Shown here piece by piece: positions 27,928-38,166 of a stretch of 46,044 bases of DNA. Location of the stretch: assembly GCA_050253335.1 (NCBI GenBank), contig JBFWJG010000010.1, positions 1 to 46,044 of the forward strand, in the 5' to 3' direction. The position numbers and the translations under genes were made by a program. Source of the DNA: Deferribacterales bacterium (GTDB lineage: Bacteria; Chrysiogenota; Deferribacteres; Deferribacterales; Geovibrionaceae). The notes beneath the pieces are model-generated. The model was not told the DNA's origin. It was given only the letters and a program-made list of their open reading frames with translations, and ran no database searches. Position 1 is the stretch's first letter; each line of letters opens with the position of its first letter.

Positions 27928-28085
27928 TTAAACCTTTTTATGCGGATATTTTTAGCCTGCTGTACTGCGGGGTGCGGGGAGCTTTCTGCGTTCATACCGG
28001 CTGTCGGCAGCAAAAAGCGGGAATTCAGGCACACCTTCACTTAAACGAATATGTTCATACTACAAAACTGTGCAAATGTAAAAAA

Positions 28086-29282
28086 TTATCTGACGAGGGT
28101 ATTAAGCGAGAACAGCGGATCCATTATCGAAATCACTATGAATCCTATTATTATCCCTATGAACATTATAAACAGGGGCTCAATAACGGAAACAAACCTT
28201 GATGTAAGCTCTTCGGACTTCTTGCCGAAAAATGAGCTTACCCTTTCAAGAAGCTCCGCAACATTGCCCGACTGTTCCCCTGTCGCCGCAGCCGCCTCGA
28301 AAAGCTCGGTGAACCCGCCAACTCTCCTGACAGCGTCTGAAAACCTGTCACCGGAGCGAACCTTCTCTGCCACGGCGTCCACCTTGACTGTAAAAGCCCT
28401 GTTCCATGAAACCTTGGCCGCGTTGTCCAGAGCCTCGGTGAGAGGGAGCCCCTCGCTCACCTGAAACGCAACAACGTGAGCGAAACGGGCTATGAGAACA
28501 TGGTTTATAAACTGGATTTCAAGAAGCCTTGAATCCACTTTCATTCTGAATTTGATGTTGTTGCGGTAATACCAGCGCAAAGCCACAGCGGAAGCCAATA
28601 TGAGGATGAAGATGAAGACCCCGTAAGACTGGAGAACGGAGGAGATGGCGATAAGCGCCTTTGTGCTTGCGGGGATGTCCGATCCTGCGGCTGCGAAGAT
28701 GCCCTCAAGCTTGGGCACAACATAGCTGAGGAGGAAACCCACAACACCCATACCCATTATAAGAACCGCCATGGGGTACATAAGCGCGCTGGTGAGCTTG
28801 CCTTTGACCTTCTTCTTCTCCTCCTCAAAACGGGCAATGTCCATGAGGACTTCGGGCAGTCTGCCCACTTCCTCCGCCGTTCTGATGAGGTTTACATACA
28901 TTTCCTCAAAGGTGTCGGGGTATTTTGAGAGAGCCTCGGAAAACCGTTTCCCCTCGGAAACAGTCCCCGCCACATCCATAACCACATTGCGCATACGCCC
29001 CCTTGCGGAGGAGCCTGCCATAACCTTCAGTGCGTGAACAAGGGCAATGCCGCTTTTGAGCAGGAGGGAAAGCTGGAAGAATATATCAGGAACGGCGTTC
29101 TTGCCGCTGAAAAACTGAAAAGATGAGAGAAAGCTCTTCTTATCACGGACGGAGCGGATTTCGGAAACCAGAACGCCTTCAGCCATGAGCTTGGAGACAG
29201 CGGAGTTCTTCGTGTCCCCCTCCAGTACGCCTTTGACCTTTTTTCCGCTTTTATTTACGCCTGTGTATGTGAAAGTAGGCAT
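28086..29282 (-). CDS. gspF: Type II secretion system protein F
   Basis: Two T2SSF domains; SALMYP, VVPKL, GEQSG, IEP. Confidence 0.93.
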   Translation of the reverse strand: MPTFTYTGVNKSGKKVKGVLEGDTKNSAVSKLMAEGVLVSEIRSVRDKKSFLSSFQFFSGKNAVPDIFFQLSLLLKSGIALVHALKVMAGSSARGRMRNVVMDVAGTVSEGKRFSEALSKYPDTFEEMYVNLIRTAEEVGRLPEVLMDIARFEEEKKKVKGKLTSALMYPMAVLIMGMGVVGFLLSYVVPKLEGIFAAAGSDIPASTKALIAISSVLQSYGVFIFILILASAVALRWYYRNNIKFRMKVDSRLLEIQFINHVLIARFAHVVAFQVSEGLPLTEALDNAAKVSWNRAFTVKVDAVAEKVRSGDRFSDAVRRVGGFTELFEAAAATGEQSGNVAELLERVSSFFGKKSEELTSRFVSVIEPLFIMFIGIIIGFIVISIMDPLFSLNTLVR

Positions 29283-30739
29283 TAATCAATCCTTGTTACA
29301 GCGATAAGCTCCCACGGAGTGGTTATTCCGTCACGCACCAGTTCATATCCGTAGTCAAACATGCGCTGATAGCCGTGATTTTTGGCCTCCTTCATCAGTT
29401 CTGACGATGAGGCGCGGTCGTTTATCATTTTGCGGATGGGGTCGTTCACGGTCATAATCTCGAATATGCCCGTCCTGCCTTTATAGCCTGTGTTGAAGCA
29501 CTGGTCACAGCCTTTGCCCATGAAGTGTTTAGGCAGTGTGAAGCCTTCCGTGGCAAAATAGTTTTTCACGTAGTCGTCCGATTCCACTTCGGTTTTGCAG
29601 TTAGGGCATATCCTGCGCACAAGCCTCTGCCCCATTGTGCAGAGAAGTGACGAGGAGATAAGAAAAGGCTCCACATTCATGTCTATAAGTCTCGCCACGG
29701 CAGTGGGCGCATCGTTTGTGTGGAGGGTGGAGAGCACAAGGTGCCCTGTGAGCGATGCCTGAACAGCGGCCTGCGCTGTTTCCTCGTCCCTGATCTCGCC
29801 CACCAGTATTATGTCCGGATCCTGACGGAGGAAGGAACGGATAGCGTTCGCGAATGTGATATTAACCGCGGGATTCACCTGAACCTGCGTGATCTTCTCC
29901 ATCTGGTATTCCACCGGATCCTCGATTGTAACTATGTTGGTGTCATCCGAAACAAGCTCAAGGAGTGATGCGTAAAGGGTTGTGGTTTTACCCGAACCTG
30001 TGGGGCCTGTGACGAGGATTATTCCGTTGGGGCGCCTGAGCGCAGCCCTGTAAGTTTCGAGATTTTTTCCGTTCATGCCGACTTTTTCAAGTGTCGCCAT
30101 GCTTTTTGAACGTTCAAGGATACGGAGAACCGCTTTCTCGCCCGTAACGGAAGGAACAGTGGAAACACGCACGTCTATGGTGCGGTTGCCTATCTTCATG
30201 TTTATCCTGCCGTCCTGAGGCTTCCTTGTCTCCGCCACATCAAGGGATGAAATGACTTTGATTCGGGCAATGACGGAATCCTGCATTTTTTTGGGAAACT
30301 GGCGGATTGTGCTGAGCTTTCCGTCCACCCTGAAGCGAACTGCAAATGCATTGTCCTTTCCTTCGAAGTGGATGTCGCTGGCTCCGTTTTTAACAGCCTG
30401 AATCATGAGCTGATTCACGAGCTTGATGATGGGGGCATCGTCATATGAGGCGGAGAGAATGTTCCCCTCGCCGTCCTCAAGGATCTCCTCATCGCTTCCG
30501 TATTCCTCGCCGCTGACATCGCCGCCGAGGGTTTCGAGTATTTCAAAAATCTTTTCCTTTTCCGAAGGAACAAGAGCGGCGTTCACCCCGAGATAAAATG
30601 TGAGGAAGCGGGCTTTTGCGAGTCCGCCGCTTCCGCTGTATAAAAGAGACACTCCGCCCTCTCCGCCCGCAACGGGCACAAAGTCGCTTCTGTCCGGAAA
30701 TTTGAGATAGTGTTCAAGCACCTGCTCGTAGGCTGTCAT
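29282..30739 (-). CDS. gspE: Type II secretion ATPase E
   Basis: ASDIH, PQDGR, GPTGSGKTTTLY, LRQDPD..LVGEIRD, CxxC..CxxC. Confidence 0.95.
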   Translation of the reverse strand: MTAYEQVLEHYLKFPDRSDFVPVAGGEGGVSLLYSGSGGLAKARFLTFYLGVNAALVPSEKEKIFEILETLGGDVSGEEYGSDEEILEDGEGNILSASYDDAPIIKLVNQLMIQAVKNGASDIHFEGKDNAFAVRFRVDGKLSTIRQFPKKMQDSVIARIKVISSLDVAETRKPQDGRINMKIGNRTIDVRVSTVPSVTGEKAVLRILERSKSMATLEKVGMNGKNLETYRAALRRPNGIILVTGPTGSGKTTTLYASLLELVSDDTNIVTIEDPVEYQMEKITQVQVNPAVNITFANAIRSFLRQDPDIILVGEIRDEETAQAAVQASLTGHLVLSTLHTNDAPTAVARLIDMNVEPFLISSSLLCTMGQRLVRRICPNCKTEVESDDYVKNYFATEGFTLPKHFMGKGCDQCFNTGYKGRTGIFEIMTVNDPIRKMINDRASSSELMKEAKNHGYQRMFDYGYELVRDGITTPWELIAVTRID

Positions 30740-32571
30740 TTAAAGCTCTTTTCTATCGTTTTCTTCGATTCGTTTTTAAAGTCTACGGATTCCTGCCTTT
30801 TCTTTTCTGAAAGCTCTTCCGCCTCTTCCTGATTGTTAATGATTTGCGCGTTGATGAAGACCATCAGGTTGGTTTTCTCAAAGGTTCTGCTGGTGTTTTT
30901 GAACAGCCAGCCGATAAGCGGAATCTTGGAGAGCCCGGGAACGGCTGAGCGCTCCTCGGATGAATCGTCCTTCATAAGACCGCTGATAACAACCATTGAA
31001 CCGTTTTTAAGCTTCACTTTTGTTTTGGTGTTCCTTGTGAGAGTGACAGGCTGTGTTGAGTCAAACGTGCTTGCGCTTACCTTTTTCACTTCCTGCTCAA
31101 TGGCAAGGGTCACATAATCGTTTGCGGATATATGGGGCTGAATTTTCAGCTTAACGCCCACGTCACGGTAGTCGTAAGACTGAACGGGGTTGTTGTTGGA
31201 ATCGTATTTGGTGCTTGTGAGGAACGGTCTGTTCTCTCCTGCGAAAACCTCTGCCTCTTCGTTGTCAAGGGTGAGTATCTGCGGGTTTGAAAGTATGTTC
31301 ACGCCGGAGGCTGATTTAATAGCGTTCACAAGAAGCCCGAGGGACGGGAACTTAACGCCGTCATACTCTATGATGTCCCCGAGGATCCCGAGGTTGAATC
31401 CGCCCGCCATGGCAGGGAGCGATCCGTCGCCGAGAACGGAGCTCTGGAAGCTGTTGAGTCCGCCGTTGTCGTTGATATAGCCGACGCTTCCCACGCCGTT
31501 TTTGTCCCCTGCTGTCGCCTGCCACTCAACGCCGAATTTGTTTCCGCTGTCCAGAGTGGTTTCGATGATGAGCGCCTCGACATAGACCTGTCTTCTGGGG
31601 ATGTCGAGCTTTTCTATCATTGTTTCAACATTCTGATAAAGCTCCTGATCCCCAACGACTATTATGGAGTTTGTTGCTTTGTCCGCCGCGACCTGAGACT
31701 TCACAACCGCCTGTGTTTTCGGATCCGTAACAGCGGAAAGAAGCTTGTTGAGCACTTTTTCAACATCTTCGGCGTTTGAGTTGTTCAGGTAATATACCTT
31801 GGGCTGGCTGTGGCCTGAGGAGGCTGAGCTGTCCACCTGATCTATTATGTAGTTTATTCTTTCAAAATCGCCCTCTTTGGCGGCGATCACGAGCACGTTT
31901 GAGTAGTCGTCCGCGACAATCACCGGATCCGCCGCGGTCATGAAGTTTTTCTGAAGTTCAGCGTAAAGCTTGGAAACGATCTTCTCAACATTGGAGGCGA
32001 GGCCGTTTTTGATCATAATGCTTTTAACGGTGTAGCCTGCCGCTTCCGCCTCAAGGGTATCGAGGATGCTTATTATTTTCTGCACTCTGTCAGCGGAATC
32101 ACGGATAACTATGGCGTTCATGCCGACCAGTATATCTGCGTTGCCGCTTCTGGAACTGAGGTTTTTAAGCACGGAGACAAGCATCCGCACATTGAAGTTT
32201 TTCGGTGAAACAACGGTGGTGAGAAAGCCGTTCTCTTTTCCTGTCATGCTGTCCACATAGCTGTCGCCGTAGAATCTCACATCGCCGCTTTTGACAATCT
32301 GGATGTAGCGCTGCTTGTCAACCGCGGTGAGACCGTTCAGTTCAAGGGTTGCGTAGAAGATGTCCATGACATCCTTGGAGTTCATCTTCATTCCGGTCTG
32401 AACAGTAACCTGTCCCCTCAGGTCGTTTTCGTCATAAACAAAGTTCTTCCCCGTGAATTCAGCGGTGAACTTAACGAAATCCTTCAGAGACATGTTGTTG
32501 AAATTTACATCGTACTGGGCATACGAATTAACGGAGATCAGTAATAAAACTATGACTATAAAACGCTTCAT
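30736..32571 (-). CDS. gspD: Type II secretion secretin D
   Basis: N0-N3 domains, LDIPRRQVYVEALI, NILSNPQILTLDN, VPGLSKIPLIGWLF. Confidence 0.95.
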   Translation of the reverse strand: MKRFIVIVLLLISVNSYAQYDVNFNNMSLKDFVKFTAEFTGKNFVYDENDLRGQVTVQTGMKMNSKDVMDIFYATLELNGLTAVDKQRYIQIVKSGDVRFYGDSYVDSMTGKENGFLTTVVSPKNFNVRMLVSVLKNLSSRSGNADILVGMNAIVIRDSADRVQKIISILDTLEAEAAGYTVKSIMIKNGLASNVEKIVSKLYAELQKNFMTAADPVIVADDYSNVLVIAAKEGDFERINYIIDQVDSSASSGHSQPKVYYLNNSNAEDVEKVLNKLLSAVTDPKTQAVVKSQVAADKATNSIIVVGDQELYQNVETMIEKLDIPRRQVYVEALIIETTLDSGNKFGVEWQATAGDKNGVGSVGYINDNGGLNSFQSSVLGDGSLPAMAGGFNLGILGDIIEYDGVKFPSLGLLVNAIKSASGVNILSNPQILTLDNEEAEVFAGENRPFLTSTKYDSNNNPVQSYDYRDVGVKLKIQPHISANDYVTLAIEQEVKKVSASTFDSTQPVTLTRNTKTKVKLKNGSMVVISGLMKDDSSEERSAVPGLSKIPLIGWLFKNTSRTFEKTNLMVFINAQIINNQEEAEELSEKKRQESVDFKNESKKTIEKSFK

Positions 32572-32578
32572 CTCACAC

Positions 32579-33454
32579 CTAATTTATTTCCACGAATATT
32601 GTTTTCTTCTGTCCCGCCCTTTCGAGGTCAAGGGTCACGGCGGTGACATTCTCAACAGAGCTGAGCATACTGAAGAGAACCTCAGGACTTTTCAGCTCCT
32701 CACCGTTTATGCGCATAATGGCATCGCCGTTTTTAAGGCCGAGGCTGCGCAGAACCGAGTCCCTCGTCATGCGTGAAAGCCGGAAGCCGACTATCTGCCC
32801 GTCTTTTTCGTACGGACGCATGAGAACAGACTTAATTATATTGTTTATATCACCCAGATTGCTGACAAAGTCAGCGCGGGTCATGCTTACTTTTTCCGTG
32901 GGGGTCATGTCGCCGGGTTCCGGTTCATCACCCGAATCCTCAGCGGCGGGCGCGGGAGCGGCATTCGGCTGCGCGCTCTGAAGCACAGAACCTTCGCTGT
33001 AGAGCTCAAGCTTTGTCCTGCCTGTTGCGGTGAGCACGGTTCCGCTCACTTTATCGAGGCTTTCGAGCTTAACGCCGGAGAATGTCTCGCCGACGGCCAA
33101 AAGAACCTTTTCGCCGTCAAGATCAAAAAAAGCGTAGGACTTGTGTCCGTGACCTAAAAGTATGCCGATTAGTTTGATGTTTCTGGGAGGGGGGGCGGTG
33201 ACCGCCTCGCCGCTTTCCGTCACGAAAGTTTCGGAAGAGCCTGAAGCGGAAGCAGTTTTGAGGGAGAATATATTCTTCTCCGTTATAAGGGAAATATCCG
33301 CAGTTTTCACAGCAGCGGATTTTTTGCCTCCGAGCTTGATCCCCTCCATCACGGTCGGGGTGTGTTTATAAGAGATATACCCCGTAATAAGCCATGCAAA
33401 GGAAAAAGCCGCAAGAACCGGATAAATAAACCATGGGATCTTTATAGTATTCAT
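32579..33454 (-). CDS. gspC: Type II secretion protein C (HR + PDZ)
   Basis: N-terminal TM, LIGIL HR region, GFRL...LGLKNGDAIMRING PDZ. Confidence 0.88.
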   Translation of the reverse strand: MNTIKIPWFIYPVLAAFSFAWLITGYISYKHTPTVMEGIKLGGKKSAAVKTADISLITEKNIFSLKTASASGSSETFVTESGEAVTAPPPRNIKLIGILLGHGHKSYAFFDLDGEKVLLAVGETFSGVKLESLDKVSGTVLTATGRTKLELYSEGSVLQSAQPNAAPAPAAEDSGDEPEPGDMTPTEKVSMTRADFVSNLGDINNIIKSVLMRPYEKDGQIVGFRLSRMTRDSVLRSLGLKNGDAIMRINGEELKSPEVLFSMLSSVENVTAVTLDLERAGQKKTIFVEIN

Positions 33455-33517
33455 GAGAATAGAAATAGCATGAATGAGGGAAAAATCAAATTAAAATCAG
33501 GGACAGGGCTTTAATAT

Positions 33518-33922
33518 TTATACAATCATCACATTGAGATTGTAAAAGGCGTGGCACACCGCGGAGGGCAGAACAGAACGGTATTCGGAGTAGAGACTCC
33601 CGAACACGAGAGACGGAAAAAACACAGCAAAAGCGTGAAGCGGCGTGCCCCCCCAGAGATGAAAAACCGCAAAAACAGCGGAAACCGCTATATTCGCAGC
33701 CGAGATAAAGTAAAAGGACCGCCATTTGCGCCTTTCCAGCCATTCCTGCAGAACCCCTCTGAAAAAAAGCTCCTCCGCAAGGGGCGCCAGAAGCAGAAAC
33801 CTGAAAACCAGCGAGGAGTCAAAAACAACCCTGCCTCCGAAAAACAGAATCCTCCCTGAGAAGTAAAGCAGTCCGAGAGCAAAAGCGGTTATGAGGAGCC
33901 TGTGTTTTCTGTCCATATCCAT
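33518..33922 (-). CDS. CPBP (CAAX/Abi-type) glutamic intramembrane protease, JDVT-CTERM/myxosortase-like
   Basis: APLAEELFFRG, FAVFH, FFPSLVFG, HAFYN motifs. Confidence 0.85.
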   Translation of the reverse strand: MDMDRKHRLLITAFALGLLYFSGRILFFGGRVVFDSSLVFRFLLLAPLAEELFFRGVLQEWLERRKWRSFYFISAANIAVSAVFAVFHLWGGTPLHAFAVFFPSLVFGSLYSEYRSVLPSAVCHAFYNLNVMIV

Positions 33923-34085
33923 CAAATACCACGCCGGAAAGAAAAAAACAAACCTTTGCCGTCTGAGGGCGTCTTTAAAAGCAAGGGAACAGATATGATT
34001 TATGGATTTTATGCATTAACTGTTGTGCAGTCAGGGCATGTTGTCCTATAATTCCCCGTAAAATTTATTTCATGGAGCAGATATA

Positions 34086-34517
34086 ATGAACAGCAAAGGT
34101 TTCACTATTATCGAAGTGCTGGTGGTTATCGTTATCCTCGGCCTTCTCGCCACTTTTATGGTGCCTAAAATAATGGGCAAACCGGACGAGGCGAGAGTCG
34201 CCAAGGCAAAAAACGACATACTCGCCATTGAATCCGCTCTGAAGATGTACAAACTCGACAACGGCTACTACCCCACGACAGAACAGGGGCTTGAATCTCT
34301 GATTCAGGCGCCGACAATCGAGCCTATCCCCAAAAACTACCGCAAAGGCGGCTATCTGGACACTTCCAAAAAGCCCCTTGACCCATGGGACCGCGAATTC
34401 ATCTACAGAAGCCCCGGTGAGGACGACAGGGATCTGGAAATCATCTCCCTCGGCGCTGACGGCGTGGAAGGCGGCGAAGACTTCAACGCCGACATCAGGA
34501 GCTATGAAATAAGATAA
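34086..34517 (+). CDS. gspG: Type II secretion major pseudopilin G
   Basis: [10 protein letters not shown] prepilin motif; [23 protein letters not shown]. Confidence 0.96.
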   Translation: MNSKGFTIIEVLVVIVILGLLATFMVPKIMGKPDEARVAKAKNDILAIESALKMYKLDNGYYPTTEQGLESLIQAPTIEPIPKNYRKGGYLDTSKKPLDPWDREFIYRSPGEDDRDLEIISLGADGVEGGEDFNADIRSYEIR

Positions 34518-34933
34518 TGTCTGCCAGAGGCTTTACTCTCGTAGAACTCATTATTGTTCTTCTCATAATCGGCATCGGCTTCATGACCGTGACACCGCTC
34601 ATGGTGGAAAAGGCCGCAGGCGAAGCTGAAGAAACAGCCTTTTTCAATGATCTGCTCAGGAAAACCGCGGACGAGGCGGAGGAACTGGGCAGAGCGCTTC
34701 CTTTAAGGGGTGTGAAAGGCTCTGCCTCGCTGTTTCTGCATGACGGGGAAACAGTGAAAATCCCCGGCATATCAGGAGTTCTCTCCGCTGAAATAAACGA
34801 TGAGGAGCAGTCCGGGCTTGACTATGTGATCATGGTTTATCCGCAGGGCATATGCGACCGCTTTGTTTTAAGGGTGTCTGATACGGAAGTTATCGAGTCC
34901 CTCCCCCTTCTCCTTCTGACGAGGTTTCAATGA
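34517..34933 (+). CDS. gspH: Minor pseudopilin H
   Basis: GFTLVEL prepilin motif; position after gspG. Confidence 0.8.
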   Translation: MSARGFTLVELIIVLLIIGIGFMTVTPLMVEKAAGEAEETAFFNDLLRKTADEAEELGRALPLRGVKGSASLFLHDGETVKIPGISGVLSAEINDEEQSGLDYVIMVYPQGICDRFVLRVSDTEVIESLPLLLLTRFQ

Positions 34934-35256
34934 AAAAAGGGTTTACCCTCCTTGAGCTGCTTATCGCCATGGTTGTCCTCTCCATAGGCATGATGGGGAT
35001 ATTCACCCTCGTCAGGCAGTCGCTGGACATGAACGACTACGCCAAGAAAAAACTGAACCTGCTGGGCAGAGGCTACGAAAGGATCATACTGACCCTCTCC
35101 GAAAAGCGAACCCTTGAAGATATAATCAACGATAACGGCACAGTCTATACATATAAACTCGAAAAACAGGACACCGGACTTCAGGGCATTAAGGAATGCG
35201 AGCTTAAAGTGTCCGACGGAAAAGCGGAAATGGCTTTGTTTTATTATGAAAGATAA
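34930..35256 (+). CDS. gspI: Minor pseudopilin I
   Basis: KGFTLLELLIAM motif; gene order. Confidence 0.82.
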   Translation: MKKGFTLLELLIAMVVLSIGMMGIFTLVRQSLDMNDYAKKKLNLLGRGYERIILTLSEKRTLEDIINDNGTVYTYKLEKQDTGLQGIKECELKVSDGKAEMALFYYER

Positions 35257-35797
35257 CAATGGCTTCACACTGGCGGAACTGATAATTGCTGTCGCTCTTG
35301 CGGGGATAGTCCTCACGGGGGCATACGCCGTATTCAACACTATTATAACATCACGGGATGTTTCCATAAAAGCCGGTGACGCTGTTACAGTGAACGCTAA
35401 GCTTGCCTCACTCCTTTCCGCGGACTTCAGGCAGGCGGTGAGTGATTCCGCTGATGTCCGCTCCGCTCAGGAAGGTGTCGCACTGCGGCTTCTCACCCAT
35501 AATTCGCTCTATTTTCAGGGCGCAATACCCGTTGAAGTGCTTTACTACATTGAAGATAAATACCTCATCAGGGAGGAACGGCTCCCCCTCATGGACTTTG
35601 AGCAGAAGATGCAGATTCTCCCCGACGCGGACAACTTCACCGTGCTTTTTTACGAGGCCGGAGAATATCATGACAGAACAATTCTGGGTTCCCGCATGAT
35701 GAAAATAAGGCTGAACACGGCGGGAATCCCCGTGGAGGCGCTTGCGGGCAGCTACCACCAGAATAAAATGTTCAACTCTCTGGGGATAGGCGAATGA
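35246..35797 (+). CDS. gspJ: Minor pseudopilin J
   Basis: GFTLAELIIA motif, L..DFRQA; gene order. Confidence 0.82.
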   Translation: MKDNNGFTLAELIIAVALAGIVLTGAYAVFNTIITSRDVSIKAGDAVTVNAKLASLLSADFRQAVSDSADVRSAQEGVALRLLTHNSLYFQGAIPVEVLYYIEDKYLIREERLPLMDFEQKMQILPDADNFTVLFYEAGEYHDRTILGSRMMKIRLNTAGIPVEALAGSYHQNKMFNSLGIGE

Positions 35798-36702
35798 ACA
35801 ATAAGGGAAGCGTTCTGGTTTTCGTCCTGATTTTTGTCGCCTTCACCCTCGGCATAGTAACCTTCATGCACAGTCACGCAGGCAGCGCCCTTGAGAACAG
35901 CGCGGGTCTTCAGTTTGAATACCAGTCCTCGATATATGCAATGTCTGCCATTGAAGCCATAAGAGAGGTTCTTGAGGATGACGACAACAACTACGACCAT
36001 GACGGCGAGTCCTGGGCGCTTATTCCCCCTTTTCCGGTTCCCATGGGGTTTATATCGATCACAGTAACTCCCACCAACGGACGCATACCGCTCAACATGC
36101 TTGATGTGGACAACAAGTCCGAAGCCTATCTTTCCGGATGCATAAACACACTGTCTGAGCTTGAGATAGAAGAATCGGTCTGCTCAATAATAAAAGACTG
36201 GATAGATACGGACGGAGAGGTTTCATCCCTCGGTGAAGAGAACATAGACTACGACACGGACGGCAAAACCTACTCCACAAAGAACGGCAAGCTTGAGACC
36301 CTCAAAGAGCTGAGCTTCATCAACGGCGCGAAGGATCATTACGATGTGCTCTCCCGCCACTTCACCAACCACGGGGACGGAAAGCTTAACCTCAACTTCA
36401 TCACAAAGGAAGCCCTGATCGGACTGGTTCCGGGCATAGCCCCATATGCGGACAGCATAATAGAGCACAGGGGCGGAAATATATACAAAGATGTGTCAAA
36501 CATAATGAACGCGGCCAGCATACCGCAGGATATCTACACCACCGCGCTGGACTATCTCACGGTAAAAAGTTCTTTATTTTATGTAAAGACTGAAGTAAGT
36601 TTGAATGATAAATCACGTTTTTACCATGTTCTTCTGGAAAGAAACGGCTCACGCACAACCGTAGTGAAATATATTGAAGGGAATGATGGCGTCTTCTTCT
36701 GA
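35794..36702 (+). CDS. gspK: Minor pseudopilin K
   Basis: NKGSVL, E.WA, GRIPLN, IKDWIDTD, LNLN, VKSSLF. Confidence 0.88.
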   Translation: MNNKGSVLVFVLIFVAFTLGIVTFMHSHAGSALENSAGLQFEYQSSIYAMSAIEAIREVLEDDDNNYDHDGESWALIPPFPVPMGFISITVTPTNGRIPLNMLDVDNKSEAYLSGCINTLSELEIEESVCSIIKDWIDTDGEVSSLGEENIDYDTDGKTYSTKNGKLETLKELSFINGAKDHYDVLSRHFTNHGDGKLNLNFITKEALIGLVPGIAPYADSIIEHRGGNIYKDVSNIMNAASIPQDIYTTALDYLTVKSSLFYVKTEVSLNDKSRFYHVLLERNGSRTTVVKYIEGNDGVFF

Positions 36703-37687
36703 CAGAAATTTATTGATTAAAAACAACAGGCTTTACAACATCGAAAACGGACGGGCGGATTTCCCCGCAAGTGCTGAACAGAGCGGTTCGTTCACCCTGT
36801 TTCTTGATGATTCGATGTTTTTTTACCTCTCCATGGATCTCCCCTCATCAAACAGGAAAAAGGCCAGAGGGTTCATAAGCAACTATCTCAGCACCCTTTT
36901 TCCCGAGTACATGACGGAGAATTTCGGTTTCGTGCTTCACGGCGGAACGGCACTGATCTATCTTCCGACGGATCAGTTCAGAACCTTCGTGGAGGAAAAC
37001 CTTCCTCTGCTCAAAAAAGCCTCCAGAATTACCTCGCCTTTCATAGAGATGTTCACGAGGGAAGCCTCGTTTGACTATACTGACGGAAGCAAGTGCTACT
37101 CCGTCTCCGGCGGGGAGATACACCAGCTTTTTGACGAGCCCGAAGACGCATACACCGCGGAAAAGGTTCTCGGCAGAGTTATCCCTGCAAAAATATCACT
37201 GAATATAAAAGGCGTGGAGAAGGAATCATTCGTTCCGGCGGCGTTCAAGATTCCGGCAGCCGTTCTTGCCGTGTGCTATCTTGTCTTCATCGGCGGTGAA
37301 TACCTCCGGCTTAAAGGCTACGCCACTTCCCTCAAGCTTCGTGAAAACAAGCTTGCGGAACTTTATACTCTGGCCGGAGTTCAGGGCTCAAACGACCCCT
37401 ACGGCACTCTGCTTTTCAAGGCCAGAGGCGGCAGGGAAACGGCTCAGGGAATCAGCATTCTCAATGTTTTTGAAGTAATGAGCAGAGCGGCGGACAAAGG
37501 AAAAATCAACCTTGAGGATGTCACCGTAAGGGACACAACAGTGAACTGCACGGGCACAGCGGCGGACTTTCAGGCCGTGGAGGACTTCAAGCAGAAGCTT
37601 CAGGAAGCCGGAGCCCAGAGAGCAAACATAGAAGATACCGACAAGCAGGGCGAAATCATTAAATTTTCAGTGAGGTTCGGATTATGA
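36686..37687 (+). CDS. gspL: Type II secretion protein L (putative)
   Basis: Cytoplasmic domain, single TM and periplasmic PilN-like domain; lies between gspK and gspM. Confidence 0.7.
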   Translation: MASSSDRNLLIKNNRLYNIENGRADFPASAEQSGSFTLFLDDSMFFYLSMDLPSSNRKKARGFISNYLSTLFPEYMTENFGFVLHGGTALIYLPTDQFRTFVEENLPLLKKASRITSPFIEMFTREASFDYTDGSKCYSVSGGEIHQLFDEPEDAYTAEKVLGRVIPAKISLNIKGVEKESFVPAAFKIPAAVLAVCYLVFIGGEYLRLKGYATSLKLRENKLAELYTLAGVQGSNDPYGTLLFKARGGRETAQGISILNVFEVMSRAADKGKINLEDVTVRDTTVNCTGTAADFQAVEDFKQKLQEAGAQRANIEDTDKQGEIIKFSVRFGL

Positions 37688-38166
37688 ACATAAAACTGGA
37701 TCAGGCACTGAAAGAAAAAGTGCTCATATGGTTTGTGGCTTTTTTCGCCGTCTTCTTCCTTTTTTACTGGACCCATATGTTCTTCGCCTCCAGAGAAAAC
37801 AGCTACGTTCAGAGACAGAAATCCTACACAGAGCAGATAAACAAAGCCGCGGAACTCATTTCGGAAATATCAAGCGGAGCCAACTCAACCAAAAGGGTCG
37901 ATAGCGGACTCCTCTCTTTCATACAGAACACCGCCGCAAGAACAGGAATAGCAGGGCGCATACTTGACCTCAAGCCCGTATCAAACGCATCCGGCGCGGA
38001 GGTTGTTTCACTGCGCATTCAGGCGCTGAACCTCAATGAGCTTAACTCTTTCCTCGGGCTTGTGGAAGGCTACCAGAACCTTACCATCAAGAACTTCGCA
38101 CTCAAAAAAAGGTTTGACGACCCCACGCTCGCGGACATCAATCTGGAGCTTGTGAAAAACAGATGA
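37684..38166 (+). CDS. gspM: Type II secretion protein M (putative)
   Basis: N-terminal TM, coiled coil, LLSFIQ..A...G ferredoxin-like region; gene order. Confidence 0.75.
   Translation: MNIKLDQALKEKVLIWFVAFFAVFFLFYWTHMFFASRENSYVQRQKSYTEQINKAAELISEISSGANSTKRVDSGLLSFIQNTAARTGIAGRILDLKPVSNASGAEVVSLRIQALNLNELNSFLGLVEGYQNLTIKNFALKKRFDDPTLADINLELVKNR

Noticed and set aside
27955..28030. SRP RNA or tRNA in the lepA-gspF gap
   Set aside because: Lacks the SRP domain IV GGAA/AGCAG motif and a cloverleaf with a T-loop.
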